24,088 nucleotides of DNA from an uncultured virus (IMG/VR IMGVR_UViG_3300030099_002957) (lineage: Duplodnaviria; Heunggongvirae; Uroviricota; Caudoviricetes), in the IMG/VR virus record IMGVR_UViG_3300030099_002957. One strand, written 5' to 3'. The translations under genes and the position numbers were made by a program. Shown piece by piece: positions 1 to 9,843 of the stretch. Every line of letters begins with the position of its first letter. The stretch's first letter is position 1. The notes below the pieces were generated by a model. The model was not told where the DNA came from. It searched no databases and saw only the letters and a list, made by a program, of their open reading frames with translations.

Positions 1-2967
1 ATAGTTAAGTCTTTAAAAAATGACATAGAAACTATAAACCAAAGATTGGGGGAGAACATAGATGTATTAAAAGATGGTAGTCCTAACCCAAACTACTTAT
101 CAGACATAGATCTAAATGAGTTGTTAAAAGATTTGACTTTCTATCAATCAATTGTAGAGCTACATGATTATGTAGATTACATGAAAAATACCAATAAAGA
201 GAAGTATGAAGAGTATAGAGTGTTAAGAGATAGATTAGCAGGGTTTTTAGCACAAACAATAACACAGGTAGAAGGTAAGATATTAGAAAGAATAAACGAC
301 AAGGCAATGGAGAGGGGTGTACAGGGTATAAAAAGCTTTAACGTTGATGTAAATTGGATGACCTCTAACTTTGTAAACCTATCTAAACAAAATAATCCCT
401 ACCTAAGAAATCTATGGGAGATAATGGATGAGCTTAATTTTACTAAACGTAAACTAGTAAAAAATAAAGCTGAAGAAATACAAAGAGTGCAAGATGCGTT
501 TGTAGGTAACCGTGGTATAAAAGCTTTTGATGATATACTAAACGAAGACGGAACATTTAAATCTAAATTCTCTAAAGAGTTTTATGCGGCAAGATCTAAA
601 GCACTACAAAGCGGAGACTATACTTGGTTTAATTTGGAAAATGGTAATGTAGTTATAGACGAAAATTATTATAAAAAGAAATACAAAGAGTTTAGAGCAG
701 GCAAACTAAAAGCTTTACAGGCAAAGTTTAAAGACAATCAAGCAGCAATAAATAGAGAAATAAAAAAATGGGAACTAGCACATGATGTAAAGAACCACAT
801 GAATACAGCTGCAATAAACAAAGGAGGTCAGTACTTTTTGAGGCCAGCAGAAAAATGGATAAGTGAGGATTATAAGAAAATACAAAACACACCAGAAATA
901 AAAGAATTTTATGATTTGTATATGAAAACCGTACAAGAGGTAGAAGAAATGTATGGTGAAAGATTGGGACCTAACTTTACAGCTGAGGTTCATAAAGGAT
1001 TTGTTGAGTCTGCATATGTTAATGGAACTATAAGTGAAGGTATTGATAGCGGTATAGAACATTTACAAATTAGAGAACATGATTTAACATATGGTATAAG
1101 AGACGAAAATACAGGGAGACTAGTAAAACAAATACCTAAACTATATATAAGACCTATAAGAGATAAAAATGGTAATATAGACCCATCATTAAAAACTAGA
1201 GATTTAGGTAAAGGGCTTTTGTTATTATATAATGCAGCTGTAGATTACCAACTTAAATCACAGGTTCTACCAGAAATACAAGGTATGGAAGCTATACTTA
1301 GCAGTAAAAAAGCAATTGAGGTAGAGTCTACAGATAGTTTTGGTAACATTTTAACTAACGCTAAAAACATATATAAAAAATATTCAGAGCAACCAGAAAA
1401 CTTATATAAAACGTATCAAAGATTTGTAGATGCATACATATATGGTACAGAATTAGACTCTAAAGATCTTAAGATAGGAAGTAAAAGTATTAGCCTAAGT
1501 AGTCAAAAGTCTATATTAGGATTAAAAAACTTACACTCGATCACACAATTAGGTCTTAAAGCTCCCGTAGCATTTGGAGCGTTTATAGCTGGTATGGTTG
1601 GTTTACAGTACGAAGCATCTAAAGGATCTTTTATAACTAAAAAGAATTTAAACAAAGCTAGAGCAGCACTTATAAAAGCAGACCCTAAAATGAGAGCTTT
1701 AGTAGAACATTTAGAATACTACCAAAAAGATGATGCAGAGTCTAGAGCACAGAGGTTGTCAGCTCAGTATGCAACAAGACATTTAACAAATGACAAGTGG
1801 TTTGCATTTTTATCTACAGCTGATAGAGGTATAGATGCTATAGCAATATACGCAACAGCTTTAAATATGGGTGTTGATGAAAATGGAAATGTAAAAAGAT
1901 TAGAGTTTTTACCTGAAGGATCTAAAAACATTGTAGAATTAATGGAACTTACAGAAAATCCATTATGGAGAGGAACCACAACTAATGTAGCAGATGCGGC
2001 AGTAGATAGATATAAAGTTAACATTGAAGGGTTATCGGACCAGGGTCAAAGAAAATTAAGGAATGTAGGAAGAGAAATATCGAATAAAGTGAAGGGTACA
2101 ATGAGTTCAGAAGATAAAGTATTGTACAATAGTAATTTCTTTTTAAGATTAATGATGCACTACAAGTCTTGGTTGCCTGGTGTAGCGCTAGCTAGATTTG
2201 GAAAAACAAAGTATAATAATATACTAGAAACATTTGATGAAGGTACATGGACAAGTGTATTTAGTAATATGGGAATCTCTAAAGATTTAACCGCACCTGA
2301 AGCACTAGATACAGAAATACACCTATTAGAATATGTTAAGTCGATTGGTTTAGACCTAGCTAAAATAGGAGTTGATGTAGTTACCTTTGGCTATTTTAAT
2401 TTATCACAACCAAAAGAAGATTTTGCAAGAGCTAAGTTTGATTTATGGGCAGCTAACAACGCTACTAATCCTCAATTTGAAGAGAAATTAAAAGATAAAG
2501 ATGCTAGAGAAGAGCTATTCCAAGAGTTTATAAAAATGAAACAAGGAAATATTAAAGCTGTTCTTACAGAACTAAGAGCTAGTTTAGCATTTTTCTTGAT
2601 GTTAGCGGCACTGGGTGGTGATGAAGATAAAGATGGGAAAACAGATATTAGACAAACATATCTTGGTAGAAAATTCCATAATATAATGGAAAGAGCATCT
2701 AGAGAAACTAGAGTATTTACAAATCCAAGAGGATTCTTTGAGGGAGGGAGAGCTACAGGTATACCATTGTTAAGTTTAGGTAAACAAATAGCTGACTTAG
2801 CAGGTAACACTATAGATGAAACTGCAGATATTATAACAGGAGAAGAACCTTACACTGAAAGAGATAGAGCAGAAAGATTTTACTACACATTTAAACTTAC
2901 TCCGGGGTTAAACGCAATTACAAAAGCAGTCGAGTTCTTCCCACAACAAAAATATGAAAGATACTAA
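1..2967 (+). CDS. C-terminal part of a giant phage protein, probably a virion cargo/ejection protein (5' truncated by window edge)
   Basis: Frame +1 is open from base 1 (IVKSLKNDIETINQRL...), so the TTG at 46 is unlikely to be the true start. Helical-looking, charged protein with hydrophobic segments (APVAFGAFIAGMVGL; ASLAFFLMLAALGG). Lies opposite the replication module, as the giant cargo/vRNAP genes of crAss-like phages do. Function inferred. Confidence 0.6.
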   Translation: MVKSLKNDIETINQRLGENIDVLKDGSPNPNYLSDIDLNELLKDLTFYQSIVELHDYVDYMKNTNKEKYEEYRVLRDRLAGFLAQTITQVEGKILERINDKAMERGVQGIKSFNVDVNWMTSNFVNLSKQNNPYLRNLWEIMDELNFTKRKLVKNKAEEIQRVQDAFVGNRGIKAFDDILNEDGTFKSKFSKEFYAARSKALQSGDYTWFNLENGNVVIDENYYKKKYKEFRAGKLKALQAKFKDNQAAINREIKKWELAHDVKNHMNTAAINKGGQYFLRPAEKWISEDYKKIQNTPEIKEFYDLYMKTVQEVEEMYGERLGPNFTAEVHKGFVESAYVNGTISEGIDSGIEHLQIREHDLTYGIRDENTGRLVKQIPKLYIRPIRDKNGNIDPSLKTRDLGKGLLLLYNAAVDYQLKSQVLPEIQGMEAILSSKKAIEVESTDSFGNILTNAKNIYKKYSEQPENLYKTYQRFVDAYIYGTELDSKDLKIGSKSISLSSQKSILGLKNLHSITQLGLKAPVAFGAFIAGMVGLQYEASKGSFITKKNLNKARAALIKADPKMRALVEHLEYYQKDDAESRAQRLSAQYATRHLTNDKWFAFLSTADRGIDAIAIYATALNMGVDENGNVKRLEFLPEGSKNIVELMELTENPLWRGTTTNVADAAVDRYKVNIEGLSDQGQRKLRNVGREISNKVKGTMSSEDKVLYNSNFFLRLMMHYKSWLPGVALARFGKTKYNNILETFDEGTWTSVFSNMGISKDLTAPEALDTEIHLLEYVKSIGLDLAKIGVDVVTFGYFNLSQPKEDFARAKFDLWAANNATNPQFEEKLKDKDAREELFQEFIKMKQGNIKAVLTELRASLAFFLMLAALGGDEDKDGKTDIRQTYLGRKFHNIMERASRETRVFTNPRGFFEGGRATGIPLLSLGKQIADLAGNTIDETADIITGEEPYTERDRAERFYYTFKLTPGLNAITKAVEFFPQQKYERY

Positions 2968-2971
2968 AATG

Positions 2972-3006
2972 AAAAAGGGGAACCATAAGGCTCCCCTTTA
3001 ATTTTT
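2972..3006. terminator. Bidirectional intrinsic terminator
   Basis: AAAGGGGA-ACCATAAGGC-TCCCCTTT hairpin flanked by A-tract and T-rich tract, between convergent genes. Confidence 0.8.
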
Positions 3007-3030
3007 ATGATGGCCATATAACTACCAACA

Positions 3031-3408
3031 TCACATTGACATTTTAAGCAATAATAAATAACCAATTAAATCATCGACAGTATCTTCTGTCTTATCATTA
3101 ATTCCTTTGTTACTTATTCTAGCTAACTTGTCATCTATTCTAGCACATATAGCTTCAGTAGCATTTAACTTACTAAATATATTAGTAGGATTAAGCGCTG
3201 TGTTACCATAAGCTTTATTTTTAGTTTTTAACAGATCAGTTATAGCTTTAACTTCTATATCTAATTTCTCATCAAAAGAGAGACGTGCTCCTTTATTTCT
3301 GTCAAAATCATAATAATAATGGCTGTGTGTGCTGTTCAAAGAATATGGAGTATTAAACTCCATACCCTCTGGGACTGACATTTTTATATCTTTCTTTTCT
3401 TTTTTCAT
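3031..3408 (-). CDS. DUF1599 / nucleotide-modification-associated domain 1-like protein (all-alpha NTP pyrophosphatase-like)
   Basis: Motifs KNKAYGN, ARIDDKLARI and EDTVDDLIGY are typical of this family. Confidence 0.7.
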   Translation of the reverse strand: MKKEKKDIKMSVPEGMEFNTPYSLNSTHSHYYYDFDRNKGARLSFDEKLDIEVKAITDLLKTKNKAYGNTALNPTNIFSKLNATEAICARIDDKLARISNKGINDKTEDTVDDLIGYLLLLKMSM

Positions 3409-4148
3409 AAATAATAATTTAAGTCTAAGGTTTCTTTATCTATATCCATAATACTGAGTAACTCAGAATCTTCAGGAAGTTCTGCATCTAATTTTCGTTC
3501 CAACTCTACTTTTCTTTCATTAGATTTAAATAAAATTTTAGCTAGAGCTGATTCTACACCCATATTGTGAAAGTCTAAAATCTTAAGTTTATACTCATCA
3601 CTTAGTTTAGAATACTTGCCGTCTTTAAAAAGTTTAAAGTTTTTTCTATGTTTTTTAGGAACAGAAAATATATAAACTACATGGTTAGGATCTGCATCAT
3701 AAGAAGTAACAAAATTTCTAAACTTCTTTAGAGCTAGATCAAACTTTGCAAACAACGGATCTTGCGACCAGCTGTACAATAAAATTATATGATCTTCTAT
3801 AGTATCTGTTTTTATAAAAGCATTTATTAAATGACTGTCATATAAAAACAAATTTCTGTTACCAGAAAGCATAGGTAAAACAAAAATAGAAGACTTGGTT
3901 CTTTCTGCAGTTTTAAGATGATAGGTAAGCACACCATTATGCATTACTTTATTAATAATATTTACTTTATACGGCTCATTTTTAATTTTAATTGTGTCCC
4001 CTACAGTAATAAAGTAATTGTCAGGCATTGCTAAAGAAACTATTTTTCCATCTTTATATTGTGGAGTGATACTCAAAGTCCCACCAGATATAATAAAATA
4101 TAAAGGGGCCTTTGGTTTAAATATCACTTCCTTGCAATTTATACCCAT
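3405..4148 (-). CDS. Hypothetical phage protein (247 aa)
   Basis: Long ORF overlapping both neighbours (ATGA coupling with the downstream gene). No motif recognised; start uncertain. Confidence 0.7.
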   Translation of the reverse strand: MGINCKEVIFKPKAPLYFIISGGTLSITPQYKDGKIVSLAMPDNYFITVGDTIKIKNEPYKVNIINKVMHNGVLTYHLKTAERTKSSIFVLPMLSGNRNLFLYDSHLINAFIKTDTIEDHIILLYSWSQDPLFAKFDLALKKFRNFVTSYDADPNHVVYIFSVPKKHRKNFKLFKDGKYSKLSDEYKLKILDFHNMGVESALAKILFKSNERKVELERKLDAELPEDSELLSIMDIDKETLDLNYYL

Positions 4149-4918
4149 TCGTCTTCTTCTTTGGTTTTGTTAATTTCAAATAAATGTACATTAAGGTCTG
4201 ATTCTTGGCAATCTGTTTCACGCCACACATCTTCTTTGTTTTTTAGTATGTATACCAACTTAAAGGTCTCAGCAAAGTTACTAATTCCTTTGGCATATCC
4301 AAACTTTTCTATATATTTTTGTAGTACAAATGTAGGCATTTCGTCTGTATTTACATCTTCTAGCCACTTGTCCGCAGTCTTTGGGCCCACTTTTGGTATA
4401 CCTGTAATACCATCAGTACTGTCACCCATAAGCATTTGTTTCCACAAAAATCTTGTAGCTTCGACCTCATCAACTACAACAGTTTCTGCTTTACCATAGT
4501 TATAATGTGTACCAATGTTTTGATATAAAACATCCTTGTCAGGACTACATATAACTGTACCACCAAAAGGATTAATATCTTCGTTAAATTCCATGTGAAA
4601 TATAGAAACAAGATCATCAGCCTCAAGCTGACTAACAGATCTAAATCCCCAGTGCTGATAAAGATATTCTTTTATAGCAGGAAATATAATAGGCTTGGCT
4701 CCATATTTTCTATTACCTTTATAAGCTTTAGTTTTAGCTGCAGCATATCTAAAACATTTACCTGTTGTTAGAAAACCCATATAGTGTGTTGCTTTAGTTT
4801 CTTCAAAGATCTGTTGCAATCTACCGTCTAGACTTTCTAGCGCCTCTTCTAGGGTGGGCTTACCCATTTCATAATAGATTAAACTATCGCCATCTATTAA
4901 TGCTATTTTCTTCTTCAT
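4139..4918 (-). CDS. Stand-alone 5'-3' exonuclease / flap endonuclease (PolI N-terminal or T7 gp6-like)
   Basis: LIDGDS, YKGNR, LEADD, SPDKD and GDSTDGITGIPKVGPKTA (H3TH) motifs. Confidence 0.92.
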   Translation of the reverse strand: MKKKIALIDGDSLIYYEMGKPTLEEALESLDGRLQQIFEETKATHYMGFLTTGKCFRYAAAKTKAYKGNRKYGAKPIIFPAIKEYLYQHWGFRSVSQLEADDLVSIFHMEFNEDINPFGGTVICSPDKDVLYQNIGTHYNYGKAETVVVDEVEATRFLWKQMLMGDSTDGITGIPKVGPKTADKWLEDVNTDEMPTFVLQKYIEKFGYAKGISNFAETFKLVYILKNKEDVWRETDCQESDLNVHLFEINKTKEEDEWV

Positions 4919-5015
4919 GTTTTTAATTTTTAATGGTTAAACATATCAGGGGAGCATTACACTCCCCCTCTATGCAATCAATTAAACACGAGCTGTACAG
5001 GACAACTCTTCTCAG

Positions 5016-6050
5016 TTACTTCATGTACTTTCTATACTCGGGTTTAACTTGAACTTTAAATGTATATAATTCTCTGTTACTAATTACTATCTCCTTGCGG
5101 CATTCTACCTCTAGCGCTCTAAAACATCTAGAGTCTAATATACCTTCTTGCTCAAAATGTTTAATAGCATCTTCAGCATTCATACGAGACAAATAACCAC
5201 ACTGGTGTTTCTGTAGCCAATATATAACATCCTTGTTTCTACTATACTTGTAATCTATATTGCCTAAGAATTCTTTAGAATACTTATACAAAAGATATGG
5301 TTCTCCTGTAGGATCAATAGTGGGTATAATTTTACCTGCCATTTGTACTTCCTCCTCACTAGCAGAATAACCACTAATCATCTTATTAAGATCCTCCATG
5401 AGTTCTTCTGTCATAGGGACCCTGTTAGCAGACTGATTAAGTATAGTATCTGTCTCTACAACCTGTAGCTCACCGGCTTCTACTAGATTAGCAATACGAA
5501 TAGCCATATTACTAAATACAAAAGAGTCATAAGGTAAACTATCATAATTTATATTATGCTGATACCGGTCACCAAGACTTCTTTTATCTAGTATAACGCT
5601 ATTTCCTGTATCATCATAATAATCTTCTACACATGTTCTATGATCATTACAATAATAACCATTCTTTAAATGAAACATCATTTTAGTTTGCGGTATAGTT
5701 TCTATTGATCCATAGCTGTCATAAAAATTAATATGCGGTATAATAAAATCAGCTTTCTCATAATCATTAGTAACAGTAATTTTATGTTCCTTAAGCGCTG
5801 ACTTTAGTCTATCTGTAGACACATCAGCCATAGGTAATATAAAAGCTTTTTTAACTGTAGTTAAATCATTAGTTGTTTCAGTTTCTAAAAGTCCTTTTAC
5901 TTTGTCATATTGAGCTTGAGATTCTGATAATATTACATCTATTACAGTTAAATTGTTTTGGACCATACCTATAACCTCTGCATCTTCAAATCCAAGATCA
6001 ACCAATGCTTGGTCTGGGTATCCTCCGTCGTGTATATTTTTACTTGCCAT
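5016..6050 (-). CDS. Hypothetical protein (344 aa) following the MoxR ATPase, possible BRCT-like segment
   Basis: Long ORF 2 nt after the MoxR stop. Segment LKSALKEHKITVTNDYEKADFII loosely resembles a BRCT repeat. Confidence 0.65.
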   Translation of the reverse strand: MASKNIHDGGYPDQALVDLGFEDAEVIGMVQNNLTVIDVILSESQAQYDKVKGLLETETTNDLTTVKKAFILPMADVSTDRLKSALKEHKITVTNDYEKADFIIPHINFYDSYGSIETIPQTKMMFHLKNGYYCNDHRTCVEDYYDDTGNSVILDKRSLGDRYQHNINYDSLPYDSFVFSNMAIRIANLVEAGELQVVETDTILNQSANRVPMTEELMEDLNKMISGYSASEEEVQMAGKIIPTIDPTGEPYLLYKYSKEFLGNIDYKYSRNKDVIYWLQKHQCGYLSRMNAEDAIKHFEQEGILDSRCFRALEVECRKEIVISNRELYTFKVQVKPEYRKYMK

Positions 6051-6052
6051 AA

Positions 6053-7231
6053 TTATTTAATTGTCATTTTGATAATGTGTGGATTCATCATCATTTGGTT
6101 AAACTTCGCTTTATTTCCATTAAATATTGTCCTAACAACAAGATACTTTAAATCGTTAGTAAAATAGCTTCCCGTGCACAGCGTAACGAGACGCTCTTGC
6201 ATTTTTGGCGTTACAGTGTCAGTTTTTGAGTATGCAACAGAGAAATTAGCTATACGAGTAGCTAACAGACTAGCTATATCAGCTCTGTAGTTATCACCCT
6301 TACCTATACACTCAGTTAACTTAGGTAATACCTCCTCTTCTTTGCCAAGAACTATATCCTTTGGTGTAACTAGTTTGTCTAGTTTGTTATTAATAAACGT
6401 CGTAAACATAGAAGCAAACTCATTGCCAACAGAACCCTCACCAATCATTTGAATTAGCGGTAGCTGGTCTTCAAACACTTTTATACTTGATATAGCGTTA
6501 AAGAACGTTGATATAGAACGTGCGTTAGTCTCTTGTGTAACTAGCTCAGGATGCATTAACAAGAAGTTAATACAACGAGTGTCAATGCCATTTTCCTCAG
6601 CCCATCTAGCCCATACATTTATATCAAACTTAAGGTTTGCTGTAATGTAACGAGTCTTCTGAGCAGCATCAACAGAGTTTACCATATAGTCACCATTATC
6701 AGGATTTGCAGTCAAGATAATGTGCCAGTCTTTAGGAAGAGTCCATGATATATATTGCTGTCTATCCACCAACTCCATACATGCTTGGATAAACCTAACA
6801 TCAGCACGGTTCCAGTCATCAAGAAGCAAAACACCACCGGCTTTTTTGTCCGCAATCCACTCCGGTGCACTGTATGACATCTTGCTTTTACCTGTAGTTT
6901 TCCAACCATCACTAGAATAATCTTTTACTGCTACCTCATCAACCCACTTACCTATTTTCTTACCATTTTTTGTAGTCCACATTTGGAACTGTTTTATAGG
7001 GAAGCCTACAAGGTCACCTAACTCCTCAATCTGTGCTAGGTTTAGTTTTACAAAGTCTAGATTGTGGGCCCTAGACATGTCCATAATAGATGTAGTCTTT
7101 CCAATACCAGACTCACCTACAACCTCCACTGCTACAGGCTTTTTGCCTTGTGATTGCAATACACGGTTGTTTGTAATAATATGATCTACAAAGTCCTGCA
7201 GCTCATCAATGTTTAAATTTACTTGGTTCAT
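6053..7231 (-). CDS. MoxR-like AAA+ ATPase
   Basis: Walker A GESGIGKT, Walker B LLLDDWNRA, sensor ILTAN; adjacent vWA gene. Confidence 0.88.
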   Translation of the reverse strand: MNQVNLNIDELQDFVDHIITNNRVLQSQGKKPVAVEVVGESGIGKTTSIMDMSRAHNLDFVKLNLAQIEELGDLVGFPIKQFQMWTTKNGKKIGKWVDEVAVKDYSSDGWKTTGKSKMSYSAPEWIADKKAGGVLLLDDWNRADVRFIQACMELVDRQQYISWTLPKDWHIILTANPDNGDYMVNSVDAAQKTRYITANLKFDINVWARWAEENGIDTRCINFLLMHPELVTQETNARSISTFFNAISSIKVFEDQLPLIQMIGEGSVGNEFASMFTTFINNKLDKLVTPKDIVLGKEEEVLPKLTECIGKGDNYRADIASLLATRIANFSVAYSKTDTVTPKMQERLVTLCTGSYFTNDLKYLVVRTIFNGNKAKFNQMMMNPHIIKMTIK

Positions 7232-7250
7232 AATTATATTGTTTAATTGA

Positions 7251-8423
7251 TTAATTTAATTGAATTTTAATTCCAGTCAACTCTTCGTTGATGCTAGAAC
7301 GTGAGCTATGCACCCACAATGCGTTCTTTGGACAATTGTCCGGGTTAGGAGCCTCACCATCAGTAAGACATATAAAAGCAGAGTATCTATTCTTAGGGTC
7401 ATTGTAGTGATCTGTAACAGCCTGAAAGCATGTACCACCTCTACCTTTTATTTCCCAATGTTTTTTAGGATTAAACTCCTCTACACTAGTCAGCTCTGTG
7501 TCAAACTGTGCAACTGTAATTTTATTGCCAGTTCTATGCATATGTACTAGCTCATTCATAAACTCTACCAGCTCTTTGCTGCTAACGGACCCTGAAGTAT
7601 CAACACCTACAAGCACATGATTTCTATGTTTTATCTTGAGGCCTGGATTACCTGAGTATCTTTTGTTATACTTTCTACGCAGTTTTTTAGTATAGATTTT
7701 AGATGCGTTGTTAATAAACCTTTTAAGATACTGTTTCCAATTGAACTTAGGAGGTTCTATCTTAAATAATTTCTCGATAATTTCTGCAAGTTCCCCCGGT
7801 AGTGTGCCATGTTTCTTTTGTATCTCTTCTGCAGTCTGCTTCATCTGATGCTCATATTGCTTTTGCACTAGCTTCTTTGCTGCCTCAGGTAATTCTGTAA
7901 CCTCTTTCCAATGCTTATGACAATACTGACTATTGCCATCCATCTGGTCTAGTATACCTTGCAATGCATCACAGCTACTGTTTCCATTTTTATCCATAGT
8001 TTGCTGCAGCAGTTTATAATACTCACTCGTACCAGCTTTTCTTGGCAGTCTAAGCTCTTTAAACGTATCCAAAGTTAGCCCGCCAGCTGGCAGCATGTTA
8101 CGATCTATATATTGATTAATTTCTATATCTGCAGCTATGTTAAATAACTTTTTATCAGGATATTTATCTGCCAAGATAAGATGCCCAAAAGCTATATGTA
8201 ATAGCTCATGTTTTAGCAGACCTTGTTGATGTAGCTCACTAAGCTCTGCAAAGAAATCCGGATTTATAACAAGCCGCATTCCTATGCCGTGTTTTCCTAC
8301 ACCTGCAGTATCACAATCTTTAGTGAATTCTTTTTGTAATCCAATAAGGAAGATACCGTAGAAAGGCTCTGAGAATATTAATGTCTTTGATATTCTCGAG
8401 AGTTGATCTTGTACTGTTCTCAT
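7251..8423 (-). CDS. Metallopeptidase-like (HExxH) plus vWA domain protein (DUF2201-like)
   Basis: HELLH motif, NIAADIEINQ, MIDAS DTSGS, GRGGT and LTDG. Confidence 0.88.
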   Translation of the reverse strand: MRTVQDQLSRISKTLIFSEPFYGIFLIGLQKEFTKDCDTAGVGKHGIGMRLVINPDFFAELSELHQQGLLKHELLHIAFGHLILADKYPDKKLFNIAADIEINQYIDRNMLPAGGLTLDTFKELRLPRKAGTSEYYKLLQQTMDKNGNSSCDALQGILDQMDGNSQYCHKHWKEVTELPEAAKKLVQKQYEHQMKQTAEEIQKKHGTLPGELAEIIEKLFKIEPPKFNWKQYLKRFINNASKIYTKKLRRKYNKRYSGNPGLKIKHRNHVLVGVDTSGSVSSKELVEFMNELVHMHRTGNKITVAQFDTELTSVEEFNPKKHWEIKGRGGTCFQAVTDHYNDPKNRYSAFICLTDGEAPNPDNCPKNALWVHSSRSSINEELTGIKIQLN

Positions 8424-8430
8424 GTTTAAT

Positions 8431-9285
8431 TTAAAATATATACCTAATTGTATTCCAAGGTATAATTTGGTTATGTAATTGTTTGAATTGTCTTATATAC
8501 TCAGATTTTAGACTGAGTTTGTATCTAGTATTTTCTCCACCATACTGTGAAACTTTTGTTTCTTGTCTCTCAGCAACCCACAGATCTATCTCTGTCTCAG
8601 GGTGCCTTGCTAGGTTAACAACATGTTTCTTAAAGTTGTGTGTAAGAAATATAACCTCTGACAACACTTGGTCTTTGTATTGCACATAGTCGTTTACCAT
8701 GTTAAACAGATCTGCATAGTCTTCTAGCCATCCGTCGTATACTATAACAGGACTAAAATTTATATGCACATCATAACCAGCATCTATAAATGCATCGATA
8801 GCTTTTATTCTATTTATAATCTTAGAAGTGCTTGGTTCATGTAGGTCTGACTTGTGCTGTGGCATAAGACTATATCTTATACGCACTTTACCTTGCGGAT
8901 CAAATGAGGTTAGTTTAGGATTTACATATTTTGTAGCAAAACTACCCATAGCAATAGGATGATCTCTAAAGAATTCAAATATCTTTTCCCACTGATGGTG
9001 TTTTGCATGCAGAGCAAAATCCTCATTGCAGCTTATATCGTATGTTGTGTACTCTGCGTGTGTCTGATTAGGTTTATCTACAGGTGTAAAGTATGCATGG
9101 TTATTTATAGCTGTAAGTATATCTCCTGTGTTAGTTGCTATAGTAAGACCTTTATCTTTATGTCTTTTCATATAGCAATAAGAACAGTTATACAAACAGC
9201 CATAACCAAAGCTTGGACTAATAAAATCTGTAGATCTACCTGAAGGTCTAATAAGCATAGACTTTCTGGTGACCTTATCTATCAT
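8431..9285 (-). CDS. splB: Spore photoproduct lyase-like radical SAM enzyme
   Basis: CLYNCSYCY (CxxxCxxC). YDISCNED aligns by eye to SplB FEAACTSD carrying the catalytic Cys; FATK, RIRYSL and SPVI match SplB-family motifs. Confidence 0.82.
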   Translation of the reverse strand: MIDKVTRKSMLIRPSGRSTDFISPSFGYGCLYNCSYCYMKRHKDKGLTIATNTGDILTAINNHAYFTPVDKPNQTHAEYTTYDISCNEDFALHAKHHQWEKIFEFFRDHPIAMGSFATKYVNPKLTSFDPQGKVRIRYSLMPQHKSDLHEPSTSKIINRIKAIDAFIDAGYDVHINFSPVIVYDGWLEDYADLFNMVNDYVQYKDQVLSEVIFLTHNFKKHVVNLARHPETEIDLWVAERQETKVSQYGGENTRYKLSLKSEYIRQFKQLHNQIIPWNTIRYIF

Positions 9286-9512
9286 CTCTCGTCTCTTTCT
9301 CCGTCTGCCATCATCTCAGCATAAGCTTCTTTTCTAGCAGCTTCGTATTCATATTCTTCTATAGGTACACATTGTTCTTTACATTGTGAACAAATATCAC
9401 ACTCATCTGTCAAGTCATGACAATATAAGTTTGCACCACAACAGTTGCTTACCATAGAGTATCCGTAACCATCATCTATAGGGTTACTTAATTTCCATTG
9501 ATCGTAATTCAT
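9282..9512 (-). CDS. Small Cys-rich (zinc-ribbon-like) protein
   Basis: SNCCGA...CSQCKEQC; ATGA overlap with the splB-like gene. Confidence 0.7.
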   Translation of the reverse strand: MNYDQWKLSNPIDDGYGYSMVSNCCGANLYCHDLTDECDICSQCKEQCVPIEEYEYEAARKEAYAEMMADGERDER

Positions 9513-9530
9513 AATTTTATATTTAATTGA

Positions 9531-9746
9531 TTATTGATTTCTTACTTTTTTCGCATGTTCAAATCTGCGATTTAATTCTTTAGCTAATATTTTACGTATT
9601 GAAGATTTGTCTACATCAAACTTTTTACTTATTTCTTCATGACTATTAGCGTGTGGGTTGCTAAAAAAATACTCAATAATTTTTTTACCCACTATTTTCC
9701 AAGACCTTGGACTTCTATTTTTTCTTCTTGGTTTAGGTTTTTCCAT
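9531..9746 (-). CDS. Small basic helix-turn-helix protein
   Basis: SHEEISKKFDVDKSSIRKIL HTH pattern. Confidence 0.65.
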   Translation of the reverse strand: MEKPKPRRKNRSPRSWKIVGKKIIEYFFSNPHANSHEEISKKFDVDKSSIRKILAKELNRRFEHAKKVRNQ

Positions 9747-9756
9747 AATAAATTTT

Positions 9757-9840
9757 TAAAAAAGAAAGAAGGGGGGAACTGTAATTGCACCCAAAGTATA
9801 ACCGCCATTATTAAATTAAATTTAATTACTAACCCCCTTC
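9757..9840 (-). terminator. Long-loop hairpin followed by a U-rich tract (terminator/attenuator-like)
   Basis: - strand GAAGGGGG-UUAGUAAUU...AAUUACAGUU-CCCCCCUUC then UUUCUUUUUU. Confidence 0.55.
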
Positions 9841-9843
9841 AAT

